Below are positions 1 to 13,900 of a stretch of DNA of 64,000 nt, one piece after another. The notes under the pieces are model-generated. The model saw nothing but the letters and a program-made list of their open reading frames with translations, was not told where the DNA came from and did not search any database. Origin of the DNA: Antedon mediterranea (taxonomy: Eukaryota; Animalia; Echinodermata). Every line of letters starts with the position of its first letter. Position 1 is the stretch's first letter. The stretch covers positions 22,568,001 through 22,632,000 of the forward strand of contig NC_092674.1 of the NCBI RefSeq assembly GCF_964355755.1, written 5' to 3'. The position numbers and the translations under genes were made by a program.

Positions 1-619
1 CTCAATGTTCTGTCATTAGATTGCCTTGTATGTACTAATTACTTTAGAGCATAGTGGAGCATTATTGTTTAAACTTGCTTGTGGAGCTCCTAATATTATC
101 TGTGACATGACAAAGAAGCACAAACTTAACTTGAATTATTAATGAAACATTTGTTTATATTATTTTCTAAACTTTTCATATCTGTAAAGTTAAAGTGTAT
201 TTGTTTTGAAGAATATCAGATACTAGGTAGATAAACAACAATCACAATGTTTTCACCTTTTGTATTGGATCAAGAATGTATAGTATGATTTTAATATTTA
301 TAAACATAGATAATTTATTGAAGTAATTACTTGAAATGTATTTATGAAAACAAATTATGGAAAGAAGAATAAATATCAGATCAAAGTTCCTGTGATGTCT
401 TGCTCGCCCTAATTTTACGCTGGGTATTATCCTCATACATTTTATGGCCCCTTAATATTTTGTTTCATTATTTTGTGATTCGTATTTGTTTGATATTCGA
501 TGCAAAAGTTTTGAAAATGTTTGCGTGAATTTTGTGATGACGTCAATGTACCTAACTGTAACTGTAATAAACTCTAATATAATTTTGAAATAGTTTGAAT
601 AAATCTACTTACTTTTTAG

Positions 620-3600
620 GTTACATGGACATGCACAGATATCTAAATGCTACTGGCAGACAAATATTATATTCATGCAGTTGGCCTTTTTATGAAAAGT
701 TGACACAGAAAATGGTAAGTAATTATGATGTTTCATTTCTTTTCATCAAATTGGATCTGTACGCTATTCCAAGTGTGACACAGCTGGTAGAATTGTTGAT
801 AAACAACTTAGGGGCTGAAGTACTGTAGCCCATACTGCCTACTCTTTTTGAAAAATACAGACATGTACACTGGATCTGCAGTTTTAGATCCTTGATTATT
901 TTTCTTAAAATTTTATTTAGTTTTATGGTATATTTAACATCACAATACACATTACAAAACAATTCATAAAAAAGCTAATTATGAAAGAAAAACAATTCGA
1001 AATGTTCAAAGATCAGGCCTGGTCTGAAAATATGTTTGCTATCACCTGTGCCGATATTAAGCAGTGGTATTCAACGTTCTCATATTCAGTGAAGTTTCTA
1101 ATTATGTTCAGATATTTCTTGCTTTTATAGTCAAGTCTAAACTGATTTTTTTTAAACTTATTTTCAGCCAGACTACAATAATATTGCAAAGTATTGCAAT
1201 ATGTGGCGTAATTCAATGGATATTGAAGATTCATGGAATAGCATTTTATGGATTGTTGATGATTTCGCAAATAATCAGGATGCTCACGCTGAGGCTGCTG
1301 GTCCAGGTCACTTCAATGACCCTGATATGGTAAGTTTAGAACCACAATTACCATTTGCCCCTGATGCTTATGCTTCCCATTTCCTGGAAATATTAAAGCA
1401 ACTGTATTCAATGTTAAAATTCTACTTTGATCACGCAATCAGCACAGGTGAAATGTTGTACAGCGTACTGTTACGACCACTGTGTTCATGGCGTGGATTC
1501 TAATTTGTGACATGCAAGGTTTTTTCTGTATTATTATTGTCCCCCAAAAACATGGAAAATGAAAACTAATAAAAAAAAAGACTTTGAATAGGCCATTTCG
1601 CAGTTTTAATAAACATCTGTAGGGGAAAAAAATAATGTTTTTACTTTTTACTATAAAAAGACAAAATAAATGTTCAACTAAAGCCCATTGACTTTCAGTC
1701 AATTTGACTATTTAAATTCCAGTTTTTCTAGTGAATAACTCTGATGTGATATTAAAATGACATATTCAACAACAAAAATGTGTACAAAATTGTTAAGGCT
1801 GGGGGACAATACATCTTTAAAACTCTGTCTACACTATCAAACTTTATGTGGCAAAAAAATGTGCTGTGCCCATATGGAAATGATGATTTCATGCCACTAC
1901 CATATTTGGGCACATTACACTTTTTTGTCAAACTAGTTTTATGTAATGTAGGCAGAGAAAGGCACTTTGTGTTGATATCTTACGTCTATGTTCTTGCATT
2001 ATAATATCCTATTGGCATTTCCAAAGTGTATTAGACAGTCTGGTTCTCTACCCACCCTTCCTCTTTATCCCTGTTCTAATAATAATAATAATAAACAGTA
2101 TTTATATAGCGCCTAATGGATCACTGACCCCGCTAGGTGCTTTAGGACCTTAACTAATGGTAATAAACTATCCCCCGCCGGACACCATTCCGGTATTTCT
2201 TAGTCGAGGTTTCTACATCTCATTCTTTTTCATACACCTCTTTATCCTAGTTAAACCACTGATTATCCACACTGGTGTTTTCCAAAATTCCAATCCTTCT
2301 ATAAATCTGTTTATTTTATTAGAAGAAAAGGTTGATGCCTTTCCAATAATTCCCTTTTAAGTTAAGGGTGTTTTTGAAATGTTATACAGGGTAATTATAT
2401 TTTATTTAGTAACCCAAAATTCATTTGTTTCTGAATTTATGAAAATAAATGCAGGCTATTTTATAAGAAATTTAAGATTTAAAAGATTCAGTTTTTTTAC
2501 ACTTACTGAGGGTTGTTCATTTTAAATAGGCATTTTATTATTCCCTAATAACTGTACTATAAATCTGTTTAATTTGATAACAGTAGTAACAAAAAAGAAA
2601 TAATTATTTTTGTAAACATAATCACATACACATACATTTTGGGGAAAACTAACCTTTTTCTCAATACAGTATTTATTCACTCTAAGAATAATGTATTTTT
2701 TTATACTATTATCAACAATATACACAAGTAACACTGTAACTAGACATCTTTGGTCGATAAGTGGACGTTCCAAATCTGTACTGTTTTTGTTTGCTATAGA
2801 AAAAGTTTCAGTTTTTATTTTACTACATTTGTTGTTATTGTTAAGGAAAAACTGACCACTTCAACCACTTCTGCCAAAGCTATTCTCAAAGCTATTGATT
2901 TGTTACCATATTTATTTGAATAGGTATACTATGGTAACATGTATACATATAATCAAGTAAATACCCCAGATATGAAAAAATACAACACAATTAATATCAA
3001 GAAGTGATAATATTCAGTAAAAGTGTTTTCAGGATGCTTGGTAAATTGTAGATCATGTCAATCAATGAATTCTACTCTACAAATAAAAATGTGTTATGCA
3101 TGTGACAGGGCATTTATTAGAAGAAATAAATAAAGGACCCGGTTGTTTATTAGAGGGGGGTGTTTATGAGAGAGAGAGGGGCGTTTATTCAAAGCATGGC
3201 GTTTATTCAAGGCATGGAGTTTATGTGAATAAATACGGTATTTAAAAAAAAGTGATAATATAGACATTAATTTTATTTATAGTTGGTTATTGGTGGTTCA
3301 GGTTTGAATGTAGCACAGAGTGAAGCTCAGTTTGGTTTATGGGCAATCCTTGCAGCTCCACTGTTGATGGGTAATGACCTACGAAAGGTCAAATCCGAAT
3401 TTCGTGATGTTCTTCTTAATGTGGAAGTCATAGCTGTCGATCAAGATCCATTAGGGAAAATGGGTAAAAGAATATTTAAGGTAAAATTTTTTTTTCTCAG
3501 TTTGATGAATTTTTGTTCCGTTATTACCAAATTCTTAGTTCTGTAGCTCTACATATGACAACATTTCTCAGCATCATAGGGAAATTCCATAATACAGCCC

Positions 3601-5165
3601 CTAATTTGTATCACATGTGATACCTGTCTCATGTAAGTTCAGGTTAATTGTTAGATTAATGGTCTATGACACTAGTCAACCTTTTCTATGATACATGGGA
3701 AATAAATCTAGATACAGTACAGTACTGAGAATTTGGTATTGGATTGATATATGACTTGATTTTTATACTGTATACAATTACAAAATTGTTATTTATTGCA
3801 TGGAATTTATATAAATTCATCCGTGATATTTTCTAAATCTTTTTTCTTTATTTTAAGTACTTTAAATCCTTTAAAATACTTTATACTTGGTATGTTATAT
3901 ACATGTGTGGCCAACCAGAAAGATACACCTATAATAACACACTATAATTTAGTAAAAACATTAAACTAATATTTTTGTTTTAATATAGGTTAAAAATGGT
4001 TATTGTTTATTTTAAATCTTTGGAACAATGTTTATAGTAACCCCACTTACTCTAAATGTGAGGCCAAACTGAATAAAACTACACCTTTACTATCATTTAG
4101 TTTAGATAATATTTGTATTAGTAAAAAAGTTTGAATACAATGTTTATGTTTTACATGGTAGCTCTGAGTGTAACATTGTTATTGTTTATATAAAATGTAC
4201 TTTTACCATAACGTTTTCAGTAACCCCACTTATTATTTGACAGTGGGGCAAGCAACAAACATTTTGTGGTTCAACAAGACTTTTTCCAGTAATAAAATAT
4301 AATTTGAGGCATTTATCATCTTAAGAAAAAAAATTATATAAATTAAAAAAGAGCAATCCATTTTACATAAGAAAATACTCTGGTTAATTTGAATGTTCAT
4401 GTTACTGCTACTGTTCTTGTAGCCATCTTCTTCAAAAGACACATAGCCATCATCAATTGACTTCACTGCTGGTGTACTCGAGATCTACATTTATACCATG
4501 CTATACACTTTATTTTAATCATTAATTTGTTGTGCTTAAAATTGAAGACTTTTAATAAGACTTTGTTTAAATGTAGATCATCTTGTGTATATGTTTGAGA
4601 AGGATAGTGAAAGTGATTTTGCCTAAATATATAAATAAATTAAAATAAGATGGGAGAGAAAACAGATTTGTATAATACAATAAAAAGAATTATAAAAGGA
4701 ATGGTTTTGAAAAATTAATTAAAAATCTGTAAATTTCTTATCTCATAATATTATATGAAAAAGTTCTGTAGCACCAGGAGCTGTCATTATTTCACAAAAC
4801 TGCTACACTGCTTACAAATTATATAGCTTGAAAAAGTAATCTTAAAGTAAATAAATTATTATTTTTATGTATAGGATTCTTGGCATGGTGTTGATGGTTG
4901 GTTAAGGGAATTATCAAATCAAGAATTTGCAATACTTTACTTCAATCGAAATCCAAGAGGAAAAAAACTATTCAAAACCTCGCTCAAAAAGATGAGTTTG
5001 CCTAGCAACCATACATATGATTTACGAGACCTATTTTTAAAGAAACATTTTGGACATTTTAAGGTAGAGGAAGAATTTCAAGTCACATTACCAGCTAATG
5101 GAGTCAAGATGTTTAAGGCGTCATCATGTTCGCTTCCAAACAATTATAAACATGATGGTTTGTGA
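620..5165 (+). CDS. GH27 alpha-N-acetylgalactosaminidase/alpha-galactosidase-like gene, last 4 coding exons (620-714, 1168-1329, 3283-3480, 4875-5165); 5' exons lie upstream of the window
   Basis: AG/GT-bounded exons splice in frame: GYMDMHRYLNATGRQILYSCSWPFY, PDYNNIAKYCNMWRNSMDIEDSW..AGPGHFNDPDM, LVIG..QFGLWAILAAPLLMGNDLR..IAVDQDPLGKMG, then a C-terminal beta domain (YDLRDLF..PANGVKMFK) ending at TGA 5163-5165. These are GH27 (NAGA/GLA) motifs. Confidence 0.93.
1525..1820. mobile_element. Kolobok-like MITE family member (terminus GGGACAATACATCT-TTAA); related ends at ~18068-18084, 18640-19123, ~60130-60146, ~62076-62092
   Basis: Inverted TTGTCCC...GGGACAA ends. The terminal block ttttcatgtttt..ggacaatacatctttaa recurs at several places in the window, and the best-preserved copies end in TTAA. 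Confidence 0.6.
2078..2150 (-). repeat. L2-type LINE/SINE 3' tail with (TAT)n end; similar tail at ~49958-50025
   Basis: - strand reads ..ggcgctatataaatactgtttattattattatt; the second reads gcgccttgagcac..gcgctataaaaatcctgttattattatta. Confidence 0.5.
3100..3240. mobile_element. Tc1/mariner-pogo-type MITE end with subterminal GGCGTTTATT repeats
   Basis: Several ggcgtttatt/gtttatt units followed by the terminus aaatacgg-TA. Confidence 0.5.
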
Positions 5166-6434
5166 TTTTAGATTATTATTTTTGTATTTATTCTTTATAC
5201 TGGACACCCTCTTCAGTACAAGACTTTTCTCCTAAAAGGACCATGCAGCACACAAATATTTCGTTATTTTGAAATGTATGTACACAGCATTGACCAACAG
5301 CTTTAAGTCCCATACAAAGGATTAGGGAATGGGAGTAAAGTATCTTTAGTCTCATCCAAAGTTAATAAAATAAATAAATATTTTTGTGGTAACTTTAATT
5401 CATCATTAAATTGAAAAATACTTAAACTTAAGTAAACTCTTAACTTATTGCCTACATAAAATAAATGTTAAAATAACTTTTTCGTCTGTCATTAAAAAAG
5501 ATAGGCACAGCGAGTGGCGTGGGGATTTGATCCAAACAAAAAGCAATTAATCGACCAATACAAAAATGTACATAAATAACATACAGCATATCAATAAGAT
5601 AAATGCTGGACAGAGGCGGGTTAAGCAAAAGTATATTTTTGTAACACCAGCTACACCTTGCATTAAAAATATACATATTCTATTAATTCATAACTCTAAT
5701 AAATCACCATAATTTATTTTCAATTTGTCTGTCTTAGGTTCTGTCTGGATATGTAAGGCACTTATTGTCCTGTTTTATGTATTGTTTGTAATGTCTCAGC
5801 TTCATAAGTGACAGGAAAATGAGCTTGTTATAGTCACCCTCATCAATACAGTATTTGCAATTTTTATATTATTTTATGGTGAATAAATTAATACTTGCTA
5901 AATACCAGTTTTAAAGCATTATTATTACATGTTATGTTATTACGGTACGCAATAAGACTTGTTTGTAAAAAAATAACAGCGCTTTGAAAACATGATTAGA
6001 CCTACATATCGATTTAATTGTGTCAACGTAGTCTAAATGCATAGTTCTCATAAACTTCATGTATGCATATTTGATGCAATTTACATTTTAACTGAGAACA
6101 ATTTCAGACAGATAAGCTCAATCAAAAAAAGAACCCGTCGCTAAACGTTTAAACAGCAGTAACAAAAAGTCCCGCATCAATAATACATTTGAAGGGGAAA
6201 ACAGTTTCACTGTGAAATGACTGGTACGAAGGAGGCCTATATTTGATACATTGTATGCCTTTAAACTTGATGTATTTAAGCTTGCCTCAATTCCTAGAAT
6301 GGAGAAATGTTACCAGAGGCTATGACAACATCGTTGCTTGCATGATTTGTTCGAATCAAATACAATTGTATCAGTCGAGACCAGAGCTCTTTAAAATGGC
6401 AAAACATATAAAACTATATATAGATAAAATATTA

Positions 6435-6605
6435 TACAAATAATTAATGTTTATGAGTGTAATGGTACAAATAATGGCATCAGGTGAATGATGAAAGGTT
6501 ATATTTCAACGAGGCGAAGCCGAGTTGATATATAACCCTTCATCATTCACCAAATGCCATTATTTGTGAATCCATTACACGGATATAAAACATTCATTAT
6601 TTGTA
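6435..6605. repeat. Long imperfect hairpin centred on CGAGGCGAAGCCGAG, probably part of a non-autonomous element running to ~7200
   Basis: tacaaataa..taatggcatcaggtgaatgatgaaaggttatat pairs with atataacccttcatcattcaccaaatgccatta..ttatttgta. Confidence 0.75.
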
Positions 6606-7346
6606 CATCTAAATAGATATCATTTTAATCAAATTTGATTCACATTGATTAAAACAGTAACATTTGGTTTTTAATAATATTATATTAAATATTTCTATGG
6701 ATTTTTTTTTATTTCACACCTACTGTAGTGTTAATTATGTCAACAAACGACCAACAATCCTAGACCTAGCCTAATACTAACATGTCTAGGGGGCCTACTA
6801 GCTAGGCTGAACGGCAGCAATACCAAATACGAAACTTCGACAGGCAACTGGAACTCATCTAGGCCAATTACGTTTTTTCCAACGATTCCACGTCTTGTAG
6901 AGATGTTCCTCTTAATTAATCAAAATCCTAAAGCTATGCCTTTTTGATCTAAATTAGTACAAATGTACTTCCATCGCGAAACCAGGAAACCAGTCATAAC
7001 ATTCAATCTTCGCGGCGAATTTACAAAATAGCTGTTGTATTTCAAAACCATAAACAAATATTTTCCAAACGTAAAAAGATTTTTTTTTCGTACACGAAAA
7101 AAAGTACTATTAAATGATCGTTTAATAGTGCGTATTTTTGCACGCCATGTGCACCACAATCGTCCAATCAAATGACAGGAATTGATTTAGGTGTTATATA
7201 AAAACGAATATGCCATGTTTTACAAAATATACATTTACCCGTAAAAACTGTAATTTAAAGGGAAAAAAATGCTGCCAGCCAATGGCTTTTTAGTTGAAGT
7301 GAACAGTTTATTTTGGGTTTTTTTCTGCAATGCAATGTTTTTACAC

Positions 7347-7500
7347 AAACGCAAATCGATCTAACAAGTAAATGAACTATTTAAATGTCACACAGTATTT
7401 TATAATGGAAATGCCAATAAATGAATCTTGAATGTTTTTACAGAAATGCAAATCGATTTAACAAGTAAATGAACTATTTAAATGTCATACACTATTATAT
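7347..7500. repeat. Two-copy direct repeat (~96 bp period)
   Basis: gcaaatcgat(c/t)taacaagtaaatgaactatttaaatgtca occurs at ~7351 and ~7448. Confidence 0.75.
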
Positions 7501-8138
7501 AAATGCGTTTTCTCTAATCACGAAGGCTGACATTTTGTTAAAATTACTTTTTCCCACTAACGTGATGTAGGTGTTGTAAGTGCGCATATTAAATGGGAAT
7601 AAGTGGGCTGTTTAAATTGAGTTTTGTTTTCAAATGTGTTCCAAAAGTTCAAAATAATAATTATTTTCACAAGTATATTTATGTTTCGACAGTGAAAATA
7701 ATCTCGCTGACACCAGTATTTAAAACCAAACTATTTCACTTATAAAAAGACAAAATAAACGTTTAAATTTACCCAAAACCCCCCGACAGCTAATTTGACT
7801 ACTTTTAGATCGTTCAAGTTGGTAAATAGAACTAATGTTTTGGCGGTTTTTTCGATCAAAATTTTGTACAAATGAATAACTGTATAGATAGTAATCCCAC
7901 AGTAATATGACATATATTTCAATAGGGTGACAATATCTAATCAAGCGGTTGTTTTTGTTATTATTTTCTAAGCAAATCGTTAAAAAAAATGTAGTTAGAG
8001 GCCCTTATGTCGACACAGAACTCAACTCAACTGAAAGGAACTAGTTGCGCGGGAGGGCTTATGTCGAAATGTTGAGCAACTGAAAGAGGAACTTATGTCG
8101 ATACACTGGAACTGATTGTAACTAGTCGTTAGTTACTT

Positions 8139-8318
8139 AAGCGTGGTTCCCCCTAGCGACGGAACACAAGGACGTAACGCAACGCAAGTGAATTGACCAA
8201 TCACAAGCGATGGCGTATTCGCTTGTGATTGCTAACTGTCTATAACTTCGCTTGTCATTGGTTAAAACGCTTGCGTTGCGTTTACGTCCTTGCGTTACGT
8301 TCTAGTGGAACCAATCTT
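8139..8318. mobile_element. Palindromic MITE (~180 bp)
   Basis: tggttcc..ctag..caaggacgtaacgcaacgcaag..accaatcacaagcga is inverted as tcgcttgtcattggt..cttgcgttgcgtttacgtccttg..ctagtggaacca. Confidence 0.7.
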
Positions 8319-9237
8319 TGCGTCGCACACGACGCGATTCGTAATATAGATCTAGATGCCAAAGATACTATAGCGCCACGAAGTGGCGCCACTACGTGGC
8401 GCTATACGATCTTTGCTAGATGCTACTTAAACCAAACATGAATCATAGGCTAGTTACTGGGCAGACAAACACGGGGCCTAGCATCTCTACCTAGCCTAGA
8501 CTGGTCTACAAGTAGGCATAGTACTCGCACATACACCTTAATATTTCATCAATATTTACACGTTTTCTTAACAAAATAAGTGTGCCAATGATATACGGTA
8601 AAAGTGCATGCAGTACCAATCAATTATTTTTATTATTAGATGTTTAGATGTAATTCGTTCTAAACACTTGCGACGTGTATGCGAAACTTGGGATAAATGT
8701 TTTCATTCACCCGATCAGTTAGTTGAATATTGCGGTTTGCCAGTTTAATTCTTGAACGATACAATGTTAATTTTTATAATAATCATTGCCTAAAATATTG
8801 TTTGCGGCCAAGATCAAGACAATACCTACTTGGTATCAGGTATCATTTCAATGTGGACGCATCTATATTAATTACAATATTTTTTTATTTTTATACTTTC
8901 CCGATCATATTGATTGATGATGTACCAATACTAAAATAATCTTATTTCATCCAAATGTAGCATTAGCGATTTTTAGCAGCACTATTTTAATTTAACAGCA
9001 AATATGAGAAGATTGACGACGATAACCCATAAACAATACGCCTATTAAACGAATGCTAGTCAAGTCACCCCATCGCAAAGTCGCCTCATACATGGAGTTA
9101 TAAAATTATAACTCTATGCCCCATACAAAGTCAAACTCTCCTAGGTCCCATATTAAACATCCCTAGCTAAAATGTTTACGCATGCATCATTCTTCTATCG
9201 AAGTTAAATACAGTCAGTCCGAAAGTCAGTTTAACTT

Positions 9238-9390
9238 TATAGTGCGTTCACACACGTGTGTTGTTTGATGCTTTTGGATCTCTGATCGGCGTTAACTACG
9301 GATGTGTATAATTATAGTGCGTTCACACTCGTGTGTGGTTTGATGCTTTCGGATCTCTGATCGGCGTTAACTACGGATGTGTATAATAAT
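9238..9390. repeat. Tandem duplication, 2 x ~75 bp
   Basis: tatagtgcgttcacac..gatctctgatcggcgttaactacggatgtgtataat occurs twice head to tail. Confidence 0.85.
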
Positions 9391-10953
9391 TAATAGTGCC
9401 GATCACGAGCGAAGTACTACTGTACGTCTCGGAACTCTGATTCGTTTGATCGCATCAGCTGAAGTTATATGTATGTTTAGTTAACTCTAGCTTTTAACAA
9501 GTTTATTTTCTTTCTATGGTCCACCTCTACGAGGAAAGCCTCTGTCTGATCGTCAATCACCCATCCCATACTGTCCTCTCAATCATTAATCAGCGTCGTT
9601 CAAGTACGTCATTTTAAACATTAAATGTACAAGGGTCAACTACAGGTCATAACTGTATTTGCTAATGAGATTTGCAAATGAACACGTTTCATCACTTGCA
9701 ATTGTCATTAGGCCAAAAATAATCTTTGACAATACACAAGGGGCACATTATTTTAGATACCATCTTTGTAATTATTCAAAGATGTTAGACATGCTTATGT
9801 TTTATTTTTAGTCATAATGTTAGATTATTGGTGTTTTTAAAAATAGTAGACACCATAAAGACACAATTCAGTATTTGAATGGCATGATGTTTATAGATAA
9901 TGGTTTTGTTCAATTGCAAATGTAGGGTAGAGTGATATTAACCTTTCACTTACCCTATGTAATGGCAATGTATATATCTTTAATGTAAGTGCAACATTAG
10001 CCACTGAGATATATAGTAGACGCGTTGGAATTGAGATGAAACAATTACATAGATATATATATATATATATATATAGACTGCTAAACGGATAGGCCTAATT
10101 ACGACAACTATTTTAGTCATCAGTAACGTTTTATAGATCATTGTTGTCGATCCATGAGGCCAGAGGTTGGTATTTTGTATTTGGCGCATGTAGGATTGTT
10201 AAATGAAGTGCAGAAGTTCTTAGTTAGGGATTATCGGCACCAAACCTTTAAAAAAATGTTTCAAGGTTTGGCCAAACAATGTTTTTTAACCCTAACTATC
10301 TATCAAGCCCCTGTATCCGCTTGTTGGTATTAAAGCAAGTTATTGAAACACAAATCATTTCTGTGACCACAAGGGATTACACGGATATTATTAGAAAACT
10401 TGTGTAGTGTATAAAATTCCTCATGTATGATTACATAGAAAAAGAAGGTATACATAACCACGAAATCTCCATATTTTAGGTCAGCTACAAGACGCATTAT
10501 GTTCGTCTAACCAGCAAATTGTGTCAAACGTTGGACGCTTTCCAGTAAAACTACTAAATATGCCAAACGATTTTGTTTTACGGACATACAGGCCTAACTG
10601 TAGGCCTACGCTTTATTTCAAATTATATTGTAGGGCCTCTATGCCATTATGTCGACTTACGGTTATGTGTATAAAGTTTGTTATTTATAACCTACACATG
10701 ACTGTCACACACTCTTAAAAAAACCTTCCGCCGGACAGGTATTCCCGAAGCATACCGTATTTGAATCCGCAGTGCATTCACTTTTAAAAATCCACGGGTA
10801 TGTCATTTAAATAAGATCGCTGTAAAAAAATGATTTTACAAATCGGTTGTTCACACACAGCCAAGTAATCTTAGAGTTGACAGCCCCGATCGAGCATTGT
10901 TGCCTAGAGACCTAGTTGTCCTATAATATTGTTGATTCTAAAAAAGAGATACG

Positions 10954-13900
10954 ATGAAAGTTTATTGCCAATGGGTGCTCTATATTACTGCCATGCTTGT
11001 GTTTCTTCGAGGGGCAAGGTCAAAAGAAGAAGGGGTACAAACAATATCACGGTAAGATAATTTTACATTAATTCTAATTCTAACTTCTGTTCAGTAATGT
11101 GACCAAACTACTAGTAGTACTAGGTCATAGTTGGTTAGGCCATGGAATAGAGGTGTCTAATTAAATATAACTCCATGGTTTGGAATAGGCAATCGTCAGA
11201 AGTCAAATAAAATGAATTAGAATATTAGTATAATGTTTTTATGTTTTGTTTTTTTTTATCCTAGCTGAAGATGCAGTTAATTATGTGGTTTAAAATGAAG
11301 TATGCATTAAGTCGTTATCTCAAAGAAAATAGCTTTATATCGCCAATTATGTAAAATAACTATGAGACGTCGTTTATACGTGCGCGTTAAAATAATAAGT
11401 GACTTCTGTCTTTTTTTAATCACCTAAAAAATAGTAAGCCTACAGGGAGCATTTTATTTGAATACGGGATAATCTCGACAGCGAGTAGATGGTGTGAAGT
11501 GTTATGTTTATGTTGGGAATATAAATAAAATGATAATTGTACACGATCGAAACGTCAAAAAACCTTTAAACGTCAAAAATATTCTGATGGAAAAATACAT
11601 GCGAATATCTCTTGTATTACTGTTACCGTTAATAATATTTGGAATTTTATTTTTTATGCTAAAACTTTACCTATCACCTTACCTTTACCTTTATCCTACC
11701 TTAGGCCTTTATTTGGTTCTGTTTTCAAGATATCTGTATTGGACACTGTAATTAATAAGTTTTGTCGATATCTGTTGAGAGTAGGAAAACATGCCCCAAC
11801 TCTTGCAGTACAGGGTGAACTTGGTAGTATTTTTGTAAGCAACAATTTTAGTTCTAGTTAACATATTGCAATGGTAAATACTTTTAAACTTGGACAGGAT
11901 TATTGTTATTGTGATATTATTGTTTCATCTAAGAAAGGCGTTATTTTGCAAAATTTAAACAAACAGTTAATAGGCCTATAGAAAATTATCTCGCTGAAAT
12001 CAACAATTTTAAACGTAGACAATTTTTAACCAGATTTCGCCTAGGTATTCTTGATATTAAGGTTGAAATGTGTAGATGGTAGAGGTTTTAAAAGAAAACA
12101 TATGTAAATTATGTCACTAGACTATAGCCTAGAAGATGAATATTATCACTAATTTGTCCGTTCTATAATGAGTTACGTCATTTGGTTCGTTTGTTTCGTA
12201 TAATTTCCCTTCTGAAAGTAAGTTCATTAATTGAATGGCTTCTAGAAATATTACTTTAATTGAAAATATATCTAAATTAATTTGTAGTGCGTTTAAATAA
12301 AAAATAATAATTCATATTGCATCTATTTCTAGGGAAGAAGAAGACATATGGTTATGCTTTCTATACCACTTTATTATTAATTATTCAAGGTATATCTATT
12401 CATTCAAATAAATCATACAGGCAGCCAAAGGTTGAAATGAGTACAATTTTACAAATATAAAAACTTTAATAATAACTTTAATGTACATTATATACGGTAG
12501 TAATCAAACATTAAAAAACACATACCTAACATCTAGAAAAAAAAAACATTAAAAAAAGCATGAACAAGACAACTAGCAAACTATTGTATAATTTAGATTC
12601 AACTTCTGATAATAAAGATTCAGTTCGCTTTGTGTAAAGTATTTTTTTCAATATGTTTTCAAGAGAGGCATATTGTAGTTCCTGACCGTTCCACTATGTT
12701 AATTTGGAATGATACGCTTTTGGAACTTCCAAAACATTCAGTCTAGGTATGACATTTTCTGAGTAGTAAGGTGTAAGTTATTTACACCTTACTACTCAGA
12801 AAACGTCATACCTACTACACTGAATGCCATATCAATATTATTTCTTAAAGTCGACCGAAAGGAGCATATCAATATCGAATGTTCGATTACTTTTTTTTTA
12901 AACGAATGCTTCATTTTAGTATATTGTCCAAGTTTGGCAAATAGCAATTTTTTACTGAATCGAAATTCAGGTAAAAATTTTAAAAATTCATCCAGAAACT
13001 TGTGTTGTGATAAAGCATTTTCATCAAAAAACCACGTACGAAAATGCAGAGCTATAAAGCAAATTCTGCAAAAGGTGTGAACAGTATGGTAGTGTATCAT
13101 CAACATTATGTTTATAAAAGGTGCGATTTGTATATCAAAATCAAGGCCAGCAACGTATTTACAAGTTGTTCAAATACAAGACGGTTTGATGATATATAAT
13201 TAGCCCCTTTTATATTGCTTTATTATTGCTAGAGATAGTTATGATTCCAGTCAACAATTCGCTACTTTTGCATAATGTATTGTCCAGTATAAGTATTACA
13301 TTTACTTTGTTTTCGTACACTCTATAAATTATCTACGGAAGAACATTATATGTAGAGAGTAACTACAATTGAAGCTAATATTATATCATTGTGAATTTAC
13401 AAATACAAATATAATTATTACTCAAATCACAAATGACAGTAACAAATGATGAAATGGGGGTCTCTGGAAACCAAGAGGTTTGTATGATAGAGACCCCAGA
13501 TAAAAATATTGTGTGTTATAGTTAGTTATTTTATTTGTTTTTTTGTTTAAAAAAAAACTATTTAATCAAATTATCTGCGACAAATATTACATGTTCTACA
13601 ATAGTTTCTTAAATATCTTGGTATGTATCTTTGTGGGAAGCATAGGCCTATATAATATATAGAAAAAATTATGTTGGAAACATTAAATAAGTCTATTAAT
13701 TAAATTATTACATGAAATTAACATTATTTGTAAATGTTATAATTATTACCGAATCATTGGAGATAAATTATAGAGTTTATTATCTATAAATATTCATTAG
13801 TTTCAATTTAATAATAACTCATCATTCATTTTGTTATTTTAGACATCGATTTATCCGTGTTGTTCCGTCTTCCGTTGAACACGTCATAACTTTGACCACA

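Noticed and set aside
8350-8425. GC-rich hairpin tatagcgccacg..cgtggcgctata as a terminator or ncRNA
   Set aside because: No supporting context; most likely a small palindromic repeat remnant next to a MITE.
242-10900. Many short F/I/L/K-rich ORFs in the ORF track
   Set aside because: Expected by chance in AT-rich introns and intergenic DNA; no motifs or splice support beyond the exons listed.
12333-12350. Possible micro-exon (EEEDI) in carboxypeptidase intron 1
   Set aside because: The donor is weak, and inclusion would create TGA at the junction with the next exon.
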